The position numbers were made by a program, and so were the translations under genes. Shown in pieces: positions 30,247-38,852 of a DNA stretch of 64,000 bases (positions are counted from its first letter, which is position 1; each line of letters starts with the position of its first letter). The DNA lies in NCBI RefSeq assembly GCF_024223415.1, contig NZ_CP100500.1. One strand, given 5' to 3'. This DNA is from Escherichia coli. Its GTDB lineage: Bacteria; Pseudomonadota; Gammaproteobacteria; Enterobacterales; Enterobacteriaceae. The notes below the pieces were generated by a model. The model had not been told where the DNA came from, ran no database searches, and saw nothing but the letters and a program-made list of their open reading frames with translations.

Positions 30247-30431
30247 TAATGCACCTCTTTTAATTCATACACTGCTGAAATAATGACTTGTGATAAGCCA
30301 TATTCTGATGATTCGCTTCTCACCGCAGCAATAGCCGTCTGAACATTAACAGCCTTCACATTCTGAGCGATACCAATTGTGTGGCCTAGTGGGTTAACAG
30401 CTCGGGCAAATACACGGAAGGTTTTAAGCAT
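30246..30431 (-). CDS. hypothetical 61-aa protein
   Basis: Its start overlaps the upstream stop, and its own stop overlaps the next start by 1 nt. Confidence 0.5.
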   Translation of the reverse strand: MLKTFRVFARAVNPLGHTIGIAQNVKAVNVQTAIAAVRSESSEYGLSQVIISAVYELKEVH

Positions 30432-30789
30432 GGCGCACCCCCTGAATAACCTGATATCCGCAACTGGTCAGCAATTCGATAAATTCCGGCAGAGTGCCAA
30501 AACAGCAATCAGTGCGTAGCTGTTCGCAGGATACCTCAACGCCGTTTTCGTAATGGCTCACTATGCGCCCGGTAAAATGCGGATCATCATCGTGATGGCA
30601 CGTTGACGGTTTCATCAGCCGCGCGCGTTCCGCCAGTTCCAGCAATGCTTCAACGCTTCCGGCAATTGCACCATCCGGCAGGTGATAATTACTTACTACG
30701 CGTCCATTCTCTACATTGACCAGTAGCTGTCCGGTAAATTTCTCACGAAACTGAACGCGGTTAAGATCGGTAAGTGACAGGTTAATCAT
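30424..30789 (-). CDS. hypothetical 121-aa protein
   Basis: Start MINLSLTDLNR, chosen because ATGATTAA overlaps the upstream stop codon. Confidence 0.55.
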   Translation of the reverse strand: MINLSLTDLNRVQFREKFTGQLLVNVENGRVVSNYHLPDGAIAGSVEALLELAERARLMKPSTCHHDDDPHFTGRIVSHYENGVEVSCEQLRTDCCFGTLPEFIELLTSCGYQVIQGVRHA

Positions 30790-30979
30790 GGCACACCTCC
30801 TGACGAATACGGGCGGCGAATACAGCGACACAACCGGACGGGCAACGGTTACGCGCTTCGCGTTCTGTCCAGGCGGTCACGTGGATAATTTGAGATTCTC
30901 CGGCACTCAGTGCCAGAAAACGCCACACAAAGGCGGTTTGTGTGTGCGCAAGGCGTGGGGTATGCTGTGTTCCAGCCAT
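30782..30979 (-). CDS. small Icd-like (P4-family cell-division-inhibitor-like) protein
   Basis: 65 aa MAGTQHTPRLAHTQTAFVWRFLALS...TEREARNRC...FAARIRQE, with SD GAGGT. The family call is from memory of P4-like prophage annotations. Confidence 0.4.
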   Translation of the reverse strand: MAGTQHTPRLAHTQTAFVWRFLALSAGESQIIHVTAWTEREARNRCPSGCVAVFAARIRQEVCHD

Positions 30980-31070
30980 AATCGTTACCTCAATTAATGG
31001 TTTGGTTAGAAGCCCGTTGGTGTTCATAGCGCCAGCGGGCTTTGTCTTTTCATCGATTACCTCAATAAAG

Positions 31071-31151
31071 GTGTCAGCCACTATACTAGTAACAGGTGTC
31101 AGCCACGTCAATAGTGTTTTTCCATTTTCTTGTGTGTATACTGTCAGCCAC
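31071..31151. promoter_or_regulatory. divergent control region with three (G/C)TGTCAGCCAC repeats interleaved with TATACT -10-like hexamers
   Basis: Copies at 31071-31081, 31096-31106 and 31141-31151. TATACT at 31082-31087 and 31137-31142. Confidence 0.65.
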
Positions 31152-31172
31152 CTAATAACAAGGAAATCAGAT

Positions 31173-31352
31173 ATGGCAACGAAAGCAGTTAATGGAAAAT
31201 CCAAAAAACTTGAGGCACGAGTCCCCCATGCAATAGCTGACGCTTTAGAAAATTTAAAGGAAGAAGGCGAAAGCACTGGGCAATTTATCGTTTCGGCACT
31301 TGAAGGCGAGATCAAACGCCGCCAGCGCCGGAAGGCCAAAGAATCAGAATAA
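31173..31352 (+). CDS. ribbon-helix-helix (Arc/MetJ/CopG-like) DNA-binding protein, candidate satellite repressor
   Basis: 59 aa. KKLEARVPHAIADALENLKEEGESTGQFIVSALEGEIKRRQ fits a beta-strand/helix/helix pattern. Divergent from the early operon. Confidence 0.6.
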   Translation: MATKAVNGKSKKLEARVPHAIADALENLKEEGESTGQFIVSALEGEIKRRQRRKAKESE

Positions 31353-31409
31353 TCACTATCAGCGCCGTGGTGTGAGGTACTGCGGCGCATTGTTTTAAAG
31401 GTGATAATT

Positions 31410-31601
31410 ATGAATAACCAAGAACTACAAAATAAAGCATTATCAATTATCATGCGCCAGCGTGAGAAAACCCGCAGGGAAATAAATAAGGCATTAACCC
31501 GCACTGAAAATCTTAAAGTTCCTGATAAGTTCGCCCTTGATCCTTTTGTCGAGAAATACCCTCGGCGCTTAAAAGCAAACAAAAACCGCCCACCTGGCTG
31601 A
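31410..31601 (+). CDS. hypothetical 63-aa basic protein
   Basis: ATG with SD AAGGTG. Followed by an intrinsic terminator. Confidence 0.5.
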   Translation: MNNQELQNKALSIIMRQREKTRREINKALTRTENLKVPDKFALDPFVEKYPRRLKANKNRPPG

Positions 31602-31635
31602 CAATCCACCAGCAAGCCAGGACACTGATCACATT

Positions 31636-31663
31636 GGCCACCGTGACAGGTGGCCTTTTCTTT
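31636..31663 (+). terminator. intrinsic terminator of the rhh operon
   Basis: GGCCACC-gtgaca-GGTGGCC followed by TTTTCTTT. Confidence 0.8.
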
Positions 31664-31716
31664 GCCCGTTATCCGGCAATTGTGGCGCTTCGCCACACGG
31701 TTGATATAATCCCACT

Positions 31717-31787
31717 GCTCATATTCATTTTTTGCGCAGTAGGTTAATTGTTCAGAAAGGCGGCTCCTTATCGGGGCCGCTTTTTTT
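31717..31787 (+). ncRNA. candidate ~70-nt small RNA, antisense to the alpA-early operon transcript
   Basis: An extended -10 TGATATAAT (31702-31710) lies upstream of an 8-bp-stem hairpin plus T7 (31760-31787). There is no credible plus-strand CDS between them. Confidence 0.35.
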
Positions 31788-31928
31788 ATGTCTGAAAAAC
31801 CGCGATTTTGTTGTTTTTCAGTTTCACAAGGCCGAACGAAGCCCCGCCCCTGTTCGGGCGTATATCCAGTCTTCATGGTTAAATCTCTGTATTAGTGGAT
31901 GGGTGGCGGCTGTGTGCCGCCAGTCTTT

Positions 31929-32117
31929 TTAGTGAACTGCCTCGCAGCTTTCCTTCCATGCCAGAACTTCGGATAAAGACCAGCCAACGGAACGACCGCC
32001 CAGCTTACGCCGTGATGGGAATTGTCCGGCCTTTTCCAGGCGGTAGCGGCATGAGCGGCTAAGCCCTGTTAGCTTTTCGCATTCTTTTTCACGTATAAAC
32101 CGATCAGTGCTTAACAC
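31929..32117 (-). CDS. alpA: AlpA-family HTH regulator/excisionase-like protein
   Basis: 62 aa, GTG start with SD AAAGGGGG. The LTGLSRSCRYRLEKAGQFPSRRKLGGRSVGWSLSEVLAW motif is typical of AlpA. Confidence 0.85.
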   Translation of the reverse strand: MLSTDRFIREKECEKLTGLSRSCRYRLEKAGQFPSRRKLGGRSVGWSLSEVLAWKESCEAVH

Positions 32118-32409
32118 TATTGCCCCCTTTCGTTTCTTAAAGAGTTATTTCGTGTTCTATTGCGTTGGTATGTGTCTGATTGTGTCAGGGTGATTCAGAG
32201 TTGGCAAATGTTGGTGGCGGGTATTTTACAGAAACGGGGTTATTTTAATAAAAAACATTTTAATTCAGTATTATGCAAAGGCATAAAATCTCGTTTTATG
32301 CCTTTTTTCTCACTATTTAAAGCGTTATTCGCTAATGTATAAAAAACCAGTTGAGCATTAAAAATCAGCAACTTATAAATCTGTATACTTTTTGGCCTCT
32401 TGTTCGTGG

Positions 32410-32443
32410 TTGTTTCACGTTGTTGCGTATTGTTTCACGTTGT
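32410..32443 (+). repeat. two direct copies of TTGTTTCACGTTGT, 20 bp apart
   Basis: The same 13-mer family occurs inverted near both island ends (22364-22379 and 33787-33800). Confidence 0.75.
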
Positions 32444-32491
32444 ATCTGTGCACTTATCCAGTATGCGCATACTGAAAAAACACGAAAAAAA

Positions 32492-33742
32492 TTATTTTCT
32501 TCTGGTTACTGGTAGCGTGGTTACGTTTTCATGTGCTCCCGCCAGTATCTCCAACCGCTCCACCCACATATCCAGCGCATTGCGTTTCGCATCCAGATAA
32601 CGGGAATGATTATAAACTCGCTGCATTCCTGGCATCTGGTGGCCTGTAAGCTGCTCCACGACGTGAGGATCCACGCCTAAATCGTTCAGCATCGTTGTAA
32701 AGGTGCGCCGGATGTCATGCAGTGACCAGTGAGGGTGTTTAAGCCTCCTGTGCGCTAATCTTCCATACTGCGATACGCTGGCCTCCTGTTTCACTTCCCC
32801 CAGCAATAAGCCCGTGTGCCTGTTCTGCTCCACCAGCTGCGTGACGAACGGCAGTATCGCTTCCGGTATGGGCCGGAATATGGCTACCTTCGTTTTGCTG
32901 TGCTCCTTCGGAACGGTCCATAGCATTTCGGTAAAATCCCACTCCCCGATCTCCGATAGCCTCAGTTCTACTGTCCTGGCTCCGAAGACAATCAGGAGGC
33001 GGATTAGTGCGACGTAGTAAGGGGAAAATATTTTTTTGTCCAGTGCCTGCAATAATTCGCCAAGTTCTTTGTTACTTAAGACACGCTGACTTATATCCGG
33101 TTTTTTCCCAACGTCAGCAACACTCATATCATCAAGAACGTTGCTGATTGCATAGCGCCGCTTCCGGCAGAACTTAAGCGCCTGTTTGCATGTCTGTAGC
33201 AGGAATCCGGCGGAAACAGGGGCTTGCTTTGCCACCCGATCAAAACAGGCCAGCCAGTGCCGTAGCTCGCATTTATCCAGCGGCATAGCACCAATCTGCT
33301 GTATTACGTGATTATTAAGTCGCCTTTTCAGGGCGATATAATCCACGCGGTTTTCCTTTACGTAATACTCAAGCCAGTAGGTAAGCGCATCGCCAACCGT
33401 TACAGGCTTTAACGCTTCCTGTACGGTGTAATTCATCTCATGACGTGGATTTTTCCCCTCAGCCAGCCATGCGCGGCACTGTGCGGCTTTTTCCCTGGCT
33501 GCTTTCAGGCTCAGATCAGGATAATTTCCCAGCTTAATCCGTTCCGGTCGTGCTCCCCTTCCCGTTCCGGCCCTGTAGGTGAAATACCAGGTTAAAAGGC
33601 CGCTGGTTGAATGCCTGACGGTCAGGTTTCCACCGTCATTAAGAAAGACTGTTTTTTGGGCGGGTGTGCCGTTGATTTTCCTTAGCTGTGTATCGCTCAG
33701 TTTGTTAAGTGCTCTGCGCATAATTTTGATTCCGGTCATCAC
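32492..33742 (-). CDS. int: P4-family tyrosine integrase
   Basis: About 410 aa with catalytic HDIRRT...GH...Y motifs. Adjacent to the right attachment site. The start is ambiguous (GTG 33742, ATG 33739 or the ATG of MRRALNKL). Confidence 0.9.
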   Translation of the reverse strand: MMTGIKIMRRALNKLSDTQLRKINGTPAQKTVFLNDGGNLTVRHSTSGLLTWYFTYRAGTGRGARPERIKLGNYPDLSLKAAREKAAQCRAWLAEGKNPRHEMNYTVQEALKPVTVGDALTYWLEYYVKENRVDYIALKRRLNNHVIQQIGAMPLDKCELRHWLACFDRVAKQAPVSAGFLLQTCKQALKFCRKRRYAISNVLDDMSVADVGKKPDISQRVLSNKELGELLQALDKKIFSPYYVALIRLLIVFGARTVELRLSEIGEWDFTEMLWTVPKEHSKTKVAIFRPIPEAILPFVTQLVEQNRHTGLLLGEVKQEASVSQYGRLAHRRLKHPHWSLHDIRRTFTTMLNDLGVDPHVVEQLTGHQMPGMQRVYNHSRYLDAKRNALDMWVERLEILAGAHENVTTLPVTRRK

Positions 33743-33768
33743 AATTAACTACACCATTAACTACACCG
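33743..33768 (+). repeat. right copy of the 26-bp repeat, immediately upstream of the integrase start
   Basis: Identical to 22323-22348. Candidate integrase arm-type or RDF binding site. Confidence 0.85.
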
Positions 33769-33890
33769 ATCGTTGCACAAAGGGCTACAACGTGAAACAA
33801 GCTGGAACAAGAAAAATCACAAATTTGTTTATAATCAAAAACATAATGCACAACCTGAAACATTATGAAACGGCAAAAAACACTAATTGA

Positions 33891-33902
33891 TAAAAGGGAT
33901 AT
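33891..33902 (+). repeat. right copy of the attachment core TAAAAGGGATAT
   Basis: See the left copy. The allE reading frame resumes inside this repeat. Confidence 0.8.
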
Positions 33903-34679
33903 TTAAATAACGTCACCGGTTACCGCGATGATTTACTGGCTAACCGTGCGATTGTGAAACACGGTAATTTCGCACTGTTAACACCAGACGGTCTGGTAAA
34001 AAATATTATTCCGGGCTTTGAAAATTGTGACGCGACAATCCTCTCCACGCCAAAGCTGGGTGCCTCTTTTGTTGATTATCTGGTCACACTGCATCAAAAC
34101 GGTGGCAACCAACAGGGCTTCGGTGGCGAAGGCATTGAAACGTTCCTGTATGTGATCTCTGGAAATATCACTGCCAAAGCCGAAGGCAAAACATTTGCCT
34201 TAAGCGAAGGTGGCTATCTTTATTGCCCGCCAGGCTCCTTAATGACGTTTGTTAACGCCCAGGCCGAAGACAGCCAAATCTTTTTATATAAGCGCCGCTA
34301 TGTTCCGGTAGAAGGCCATGCACCGTGGCTGGTTTCTGGCAATGCCAGCGAACTGGAACGCATTCACTATGAAGGTATGGATGATGTGATCCTGCTGGAT
34401 TTTCTGCCCAAAGAGTTAGGTTTTGATATGAACATGCATATCCTCTCTTTTGCACCAGGTGCCAGCCATGGTTATATCGAAACACACGTTCAGGAACACG
34501 GTGCCTATATTCTTTCCGGTCAGGGGGTTTATAACCTCGACAATAACTGGATCCCGGTGAAAAAAGGCGATTACATCTTTATGGGCGCTTATTCTTTACA
34601 GGCTGGTTATGGCGTAGGGCGTGGTGAAGCGTTCAGCTATATTTACTCGAAAGATTGCAACCGCGACGTAGAGATTTAA
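33897..34679 (+). pseudogene. allE: (S)-ureidoglycine aminohydrolase body lacking its start codon (codons 2-261)
   Basis: GYLNNVTGYRDDLLANRAIVKHGNF... continues to the native stop. ATG is replaced by AAG and preceded by an in-frame TAA. The first possible internal start is GTG 33954. Confidence 0.8.
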
Positions 34680-34721
34680 GTCATACCACTCGCCTGATTA
34701 TTTTTAGCTATGTTGGATTTT

Positions 34722-34748
34722 GCCACGGTTTATACCGTGGCTTTTTTT
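34722..34748 (+). terminator. intrinsic terminator after allE
   Basis: GCCACGG-tttata-CCGTGGC followed by T7. Confidence 0.8.
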
Positions 34749-34756
34749 GTAACATT

Positions 34757-34785
34757 GCCTGATGCGCTTCGCTTATCAGGCCTAC
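34757..34785. repeat. REP element
   Basis: GCCTGATGCGCTTCGCTTATCAGGCCTAC. Confidence 0.85.
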
Positions 34786-34906
34786 ATGATCTCTGCAATA
34801 TATAGAATTTGCGCGATTTTCAGGAAGGATATAGTGCTCATGCAGCATCCGGCATGAGCACTGCGCTCTTATACGAAATAAATCGCATCCGCTTTAAAGG
34901 TAAGGG

Positions 34907-36052
34907 TCAGTTTTTAATTCCCTGACCTATTTTAATGGCGCAGGCAATATTTCGCGCGCTGTTGAAGAGATTGGTTTCACCGCTGGCGAGCACTTCGGCT
35001 AAAGGTGCCAGACGAGGCAAAATGCTGAATACCGCGTCAATGCCGTACTGGTGCACCACTTCCACGCCATCACCCAATACGCCAGCAATCCCAATCACCG
35101 GTACATTAAACTGCTTCGCCACCGACGCAACGCCCAGCGGCGCTTTACCGCCTGCCGTTTGCGAGTCAATGCGCCCTTCCCCGGTGATCACCAGTGCTGC
35201 CCCCTGCACCGCCTGCTCCAGGTTGACCGCACGCAGTACAATCTCAATACCCGGTTTAATATCCGCATTGAGAAATACCGCCGCCGCAATACCCATACCG
35301 CCCGCAGCGCCGCCGCCCGCCATCTGACAGACATTAATTTCAGTTTGCTGTTGTAAAACACGGGCGTAATTTTGCAGCCCCTGTTCCAGCTCTTCGACCA
35401 TCTCCGGCGTTGCCCCTTTTTGCGGGCCAAACACCGCCGCCGCGCCGCGTGCCCCTACCAGCGGGTTATCAACGTCACATGCTACTTCAATATGGCAGTT
35501 CGCCAGACGCGGATCGCATTCATCCATCTCAATGCTTGCCACGCGCGCTAAATTGCCGCCGTTAGCCACCAGCACCTGACCGTCGGCATCAAGGAAACGC
35601 ACACCGAGCGCCTGCGCCATGCCCATACCGCCGTCGACCGTCGCACTGCCGCCAATGCCGAGAATAATATGGCGAATGCCGTTATCCAGCGCATGACGAA
35701 TTAACTCCCCCGTACCAAAACTGGAGGCCAGCAACGGATTACGCTTTTCAGGCGCGACCAGCATCAGGCCACTTGCTGCCGCCATCTCAATCACCGCCGT
35801 TTTCCCGTCGCCGGTAAGGCCATAAAAAGCATTCACTTTTTCGCCCATCGGCCCGCAGACTTCAAGCGTCACGATGTTGCCGCCCGTCGCGGCGACCATC
35901 GCATCCACCGTCCCTTCGCCGCCATCCGCTATCGGCAAACAGATATAGTTCGCATCGGGAAAGAGGGTCGAAAACCCGGCTTTAATTGCCTGACAACATT
36001 TTTCTGCACTTAAGCTCTCTTTAAAAGAGTCTGGCGCAATGACAATCTTCAT
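34907..36052 (-). CDS. glxK: glycerate 2-kinase
   Basis: 381 aa from [18 protein letters not shown]. Confidence 0.95.
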   Translation of the reverse strand: MKIVIAPDSFKESLSAEKCCQAIKAGFSTLFPDANYICLPIADGGEGTVDAMVAATGGNIVTLEVCGPMGEKVNAFYGLTGDGKTAVIEMAAASGLMLVAPEKRNPLLASSFGTGELIRHALDNGIRHIILGIGGSATVDGGMGMAQALGVRFLDADGQVLVANGGNLARVASIEMDECDPRLANCHIEVACDVDNPLVGARGAAAVFGPQKGATPEMVEELEQGLQNYARVLQQQTEINVCQMAGGGAAGGMGIAAAVFLNADIKPGIEIVLRAVNLEQAVQGAALVITGEGRIDSQTAGGKAPLGVASVAKQFNVPVIGIAGVLGDGVEVVHQYGIDAVFSILPRLAPLAEVLASGETNLFNSARNIACAIKIGQGIKN

Positions 36053-36073
36053 TATCAATCCTTTTTCAACAAA

Positions 36074-37375
36074 TTATTCGATGCGTTCCCACGGAATAAG
36101 GTTATCCATAAGAACAGCCAGTAAAATCCCGACCAATAAGCCGTTACTGAGCAGAGGACGAAGCGTTAATGGAAGGTCTTGCAGATACACAGGCGGTAAT
36201 GCCATTAAAAATATGCCGACAAATAACGGCAATGCGAGTCGATAAATATTGCGAGCGGTAAACGTTATTTGCTGGCTAAACACCAGCGCGGAAAAGAGTA
36301 AAGGCAGATAAGAAACCAGCATGACCGCACTACTCACGGGTAAAGGGATACTGCAAAACAGTCGCGTGAGTGCAGGAACCAGCGCCACCAGCAGGCAAAT
36401 AACGCTGCCATAAATAAACGAACGCCGCGTGTAATCGCCAGTCTGGGTTAATAAACCAATGGATGAAACAAACGGTGAAAATGGAATTACCGCCAGCGGT
36501 ACGGTTATCAGCGTCATAAATCCGGTCGCCACAAAGCTGCGACGATAACGCGTATTCCCCGCGCCCTGCTGCGGATAAAAAACATCCGTGCCCCGAATCG
36601 CACCGTAGGTATTGCTGATATTCACCAGACCTGTAATCACCGCCGTCAGAATAATCCCCGGAGACAAAGCACCGCCACTGCCGAGCGGGAACCACTGCCA
36701 GTGCAACTCACCGGAGAGCGAATGCGAAGAAGGAAAGCAAAAGTACCACAACAACCAGCCGGTTATGGTGCCGACCAGCAGGCCATAACGGGCAAAACGT
36801 TGCGGCAGGAAAATAATCATCGCCAGTACCAGGCACATCACCGCCACCGAGAGCGCGAACGGCGGTAACTGAATTTTAAAATTCGGGTCGGCTATGCCAA
36901 ACGGCAGCCCGAGCATACCTTTGAAAAAGATAGTGGTCAGCTGCGCGCCCAGCATCAACATAAACAAGACCATCACCGACGGCGTAAATAACCGCGCCAG
37001 GCGATGACCTAATCCGCTAAAACCAATCAACATCGTCAGCACGCCGGAGAGCGCAATCCCCACTGCCAGGCTGGTGGCGATATCGTTGATCGGTGTCCCG
37101 CGCGATGCTTCGCCAAGGGTGATAGTTAGGATGGTTCCCCACCACAGGCCCCCCGGCCCTTCCATAATAGCGCGACGATGGCCACAGAACGCCTGAGCGA
37201 AGCAGGCCAGTGCGGTAGCAAGAAAAGCATATTGCGTGAGCGTAAGCAGGCTACTTTGCGGCAACTGAAAAGCAGAAAGTAGCGTAGGAGGAACCACAAC
37301 CGTGTTGCAAAAAATAAAGAAAAACCACTGAAATCCTGATAACAGGCTTTCGCGGCTGACTGCAAAATTGAACAT
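36074..37375 (-). CDS. ybbY: putative purine/uracil permease family transporter
   Basis: 433 aa, multi-TM. K-12 synteny. Confidence 0.9.
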   Translation of the reverse strand: MFNFAVSRESLLSGFQWFFFIFCNTVVVPPTLLSAFQLPQSSLLTLTQYAFLATALACFAQAFCGHRRAIMEGPGGLWWGTILTITLGEASRGTPINDIATSLAVGIALSGVLTMLIGFSGLGHRLARLFTPSVMVLFMLMLGAQLTTIFFKGMLGLPFGIADPNFKIQLPPFALSVAVMCLVLAMIIFLPQRFARYGLLVGTITGWLLWYFCFPSSHSLSGELHWQWFPLGSGGALSPGIILTAVITGLVNISNTYGAIRGTDVFYPQQGAGNTRYRRSFVATGFMTLITVPLAVIPFSPFVSSIGLLTQTGDYTRRSFIYGSVICLLVALVPALTRLFCSIPLPVSSAVMLVSYLPLLFSALVFSQQITFTARNIYRLALPLFVGIFLMALPPVYLQDLPLTLRPLLSNGLLVGILLAVLMDNLIPWERIE

Positions 37376-37431
37376 AAACACACCTTAACCGGAGAATGCC
37401 CGCCGCAAGGACGGGCATTGCAGGGGCCAGA

Positions 37432-38793
37432 TTACTGCTGATGTTTAAGGATAAATTGACCTTTCGGCGCAACAGGGAAGCCCAGTTCAATGTCGTAAAT
37501 CACATCACCACGTAAGATGGTTTTCGTGATACGCGCGCCAATGGTACGGCCAACATACGGGCTGACTTTGTGGCGATATTCCAGATCGTCATTGGTAAGA
37601 ACATAGCTGCTATTCGGCTGAATGAAGACGAAGTCGGCATCTTTTCCTGGGGCGATACGGCCTTTTTGCTGCAGACCGAAAATATCTGCTGCGTTAGTCG
37701 CCATTAATTTGCCGAACATTGGCAGAGACATTCCGCGTTTCTGTACCGCTTCATCGAACATCACGTCCATACAGTTTTGCAGACCGGCAATACCGCCCCA
37801 TGCTTCCATGATGTTGCCGGCTTTCATTTCCGGAGGGCATGGTGAGTGGTCGGAAACCAGGCAGTCGATTTCACCGTTAAACAGTTTTTCCCACATGCCT
37901 TTCTGGTTTTCCAGATCGCGGATCGGCGGTGAACACTTCGCCAGAGTGCCGATTTCTTCGAACTGATCGGTATCCAGTACAAAGTAATGCGGGCAGGATT
38001 CACAAGTAACATCCTGACCTTCCTGACGTGCACGAGTCACTTCTTCAACGCCTTCCGGGCTGCTGATATGGCAAACGTGCAGACGGCAACCGGCAACTTT
38101 CGCCAGATACAGCACGCGGCGAATCGCTTCCACTTCGGTAAATACCGGACGCGAAGCCACATAGTCATGGGCAGTTACGCGACCTTCACGTTTCGCTTCT
38201 TCGCCCAGTGCGTCACAGATCAGCGCGTTTTCGCAGTGCACCAGCACCGGCTGCCCCAGTTCGCCCAGCTTCTGCGCACCTTTGAAGAACTGCCAGTCGT
38301 TTACATCACGGAAGTCGTTGTCGATACCGCGATCGCCACAGGTCGCAACGAAGCATTTGAAGCCGACAACGCCCACTTCATCCAGCTCATGCAGACGGTC
38401 GATGTTGTAAGACACCAGGCCACCGAGTTGTGCCGCATCGATAGTCAGCTTGCCTTTAGCGGCATCGAACTTCAGTTCAATTGAAGCGCGGTCAACCGTT
38501 GCAGGCAGCTGGTTGAGCGGCATTTCGATCATGGTGGTGATACCACCTTTTGCCGCTGCGCGAGTACCGGTTTCATAACCTTCCCAGTGGCTACGACCCG
38601 GTTCAGAAATATGGGTGTGCGCATCAACCATGCCCGGCGAAACCACCAGACCAGACGCATCCATAACTTCTTTTGCATCGCCCAGATCCTGACCGATAGC
38701 AGCAATTTTGCCGCCTTTAACGGCGATATCTACAACGCGAGCTTCGTTTTCTAAAATAACGGTGCCGTTTTTAATGATTAAATCAAAAGACAT
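37432..38793 (-). CDS. allB: allantoinase
   Basis: 453 aa, [25 protein letters not shown], amidohydrolase fold. Confidence 0.97.
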   Translation of the reverse strand: MSFDLIIKNGTVILENEARVVDIAVKGGKIAAIGQDLGDAKEVMDASGLVVSPGMVDAHTHISEPGRSHWEGYETGTRAAAKGGITTMIEMPLNQLPATVDRASIELKFDAAKGKLTIDAAQLGGLVSYNIDRLHELDEVGVVGFKCFVATCGDRGIDNDFRDVNDWQFFKGAQKLGELGQPVLVHCENALICDALGEEAKREGRVTAHDYVASRPVFTEVEAIRRVLYLAKVAGCRLHVCHISSPEGVEEVTRARQEGQDVTCESCPHYFVLDTDQFEEIGTLAKCSPPIRDLENQKGMWEKLFNGEIDCLVSDHSPCPPEMKAGNIMEAWGGIAGLQNCMDVMFDEAVQKRGMSLPMFGKLMATNAADIFGLQQKGRIAPGKDADFVFIQPNSSYVLTNDDLEYRHKVSPYVGRTIGARITKTILRGDVIYDIELGFPVAPKGQFILKHQQ

Positions 38794-38852
38794 AACAAAC
38801 TCCTTGTAAAATACAGATTGGTTTTTAACTCAATGTTCAATATCGGGATTAA

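Larger units (their letters stand above)
22250..33895. mobile_element. 11,646-bp integrative P4/PICI-like phage satellite with a lambda-like capsid/cos module
   Basis: Bounded by the duplicated core TAAA(T/A)GGGATAT. Carries int, alpA, primase-helicase, ssb, capsid, decoration and Nu1-like genes plus cos sequences. It interrupts the otherwise K-12-colinear allC-allE junction. Confidence 0.9.

Noticed and set aside
30782-31876. 364-aa ORF on the minus strand spanning the satellite's switch region
   Set aside because: - The sequence is low-complexity and rich in Ser, Phe and Arg.
- It runs antisense through the well-formed RHH gene, the 63-aa gene and three plus-strand terminator hairpins.
- Only its last 65 codons (30782-30979), which have their own strong SD, look real. 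The rest is treated as a shadow ORF.
31602-31876. Possible small protein (MKTGYTPEQGRGF...) immediately downstream of alpA
   Set aside because: Its SD is weak and its frame is built from the reverse complements of terminator hairpins. It cannot be excluded without conservation data, so it is not annotated.
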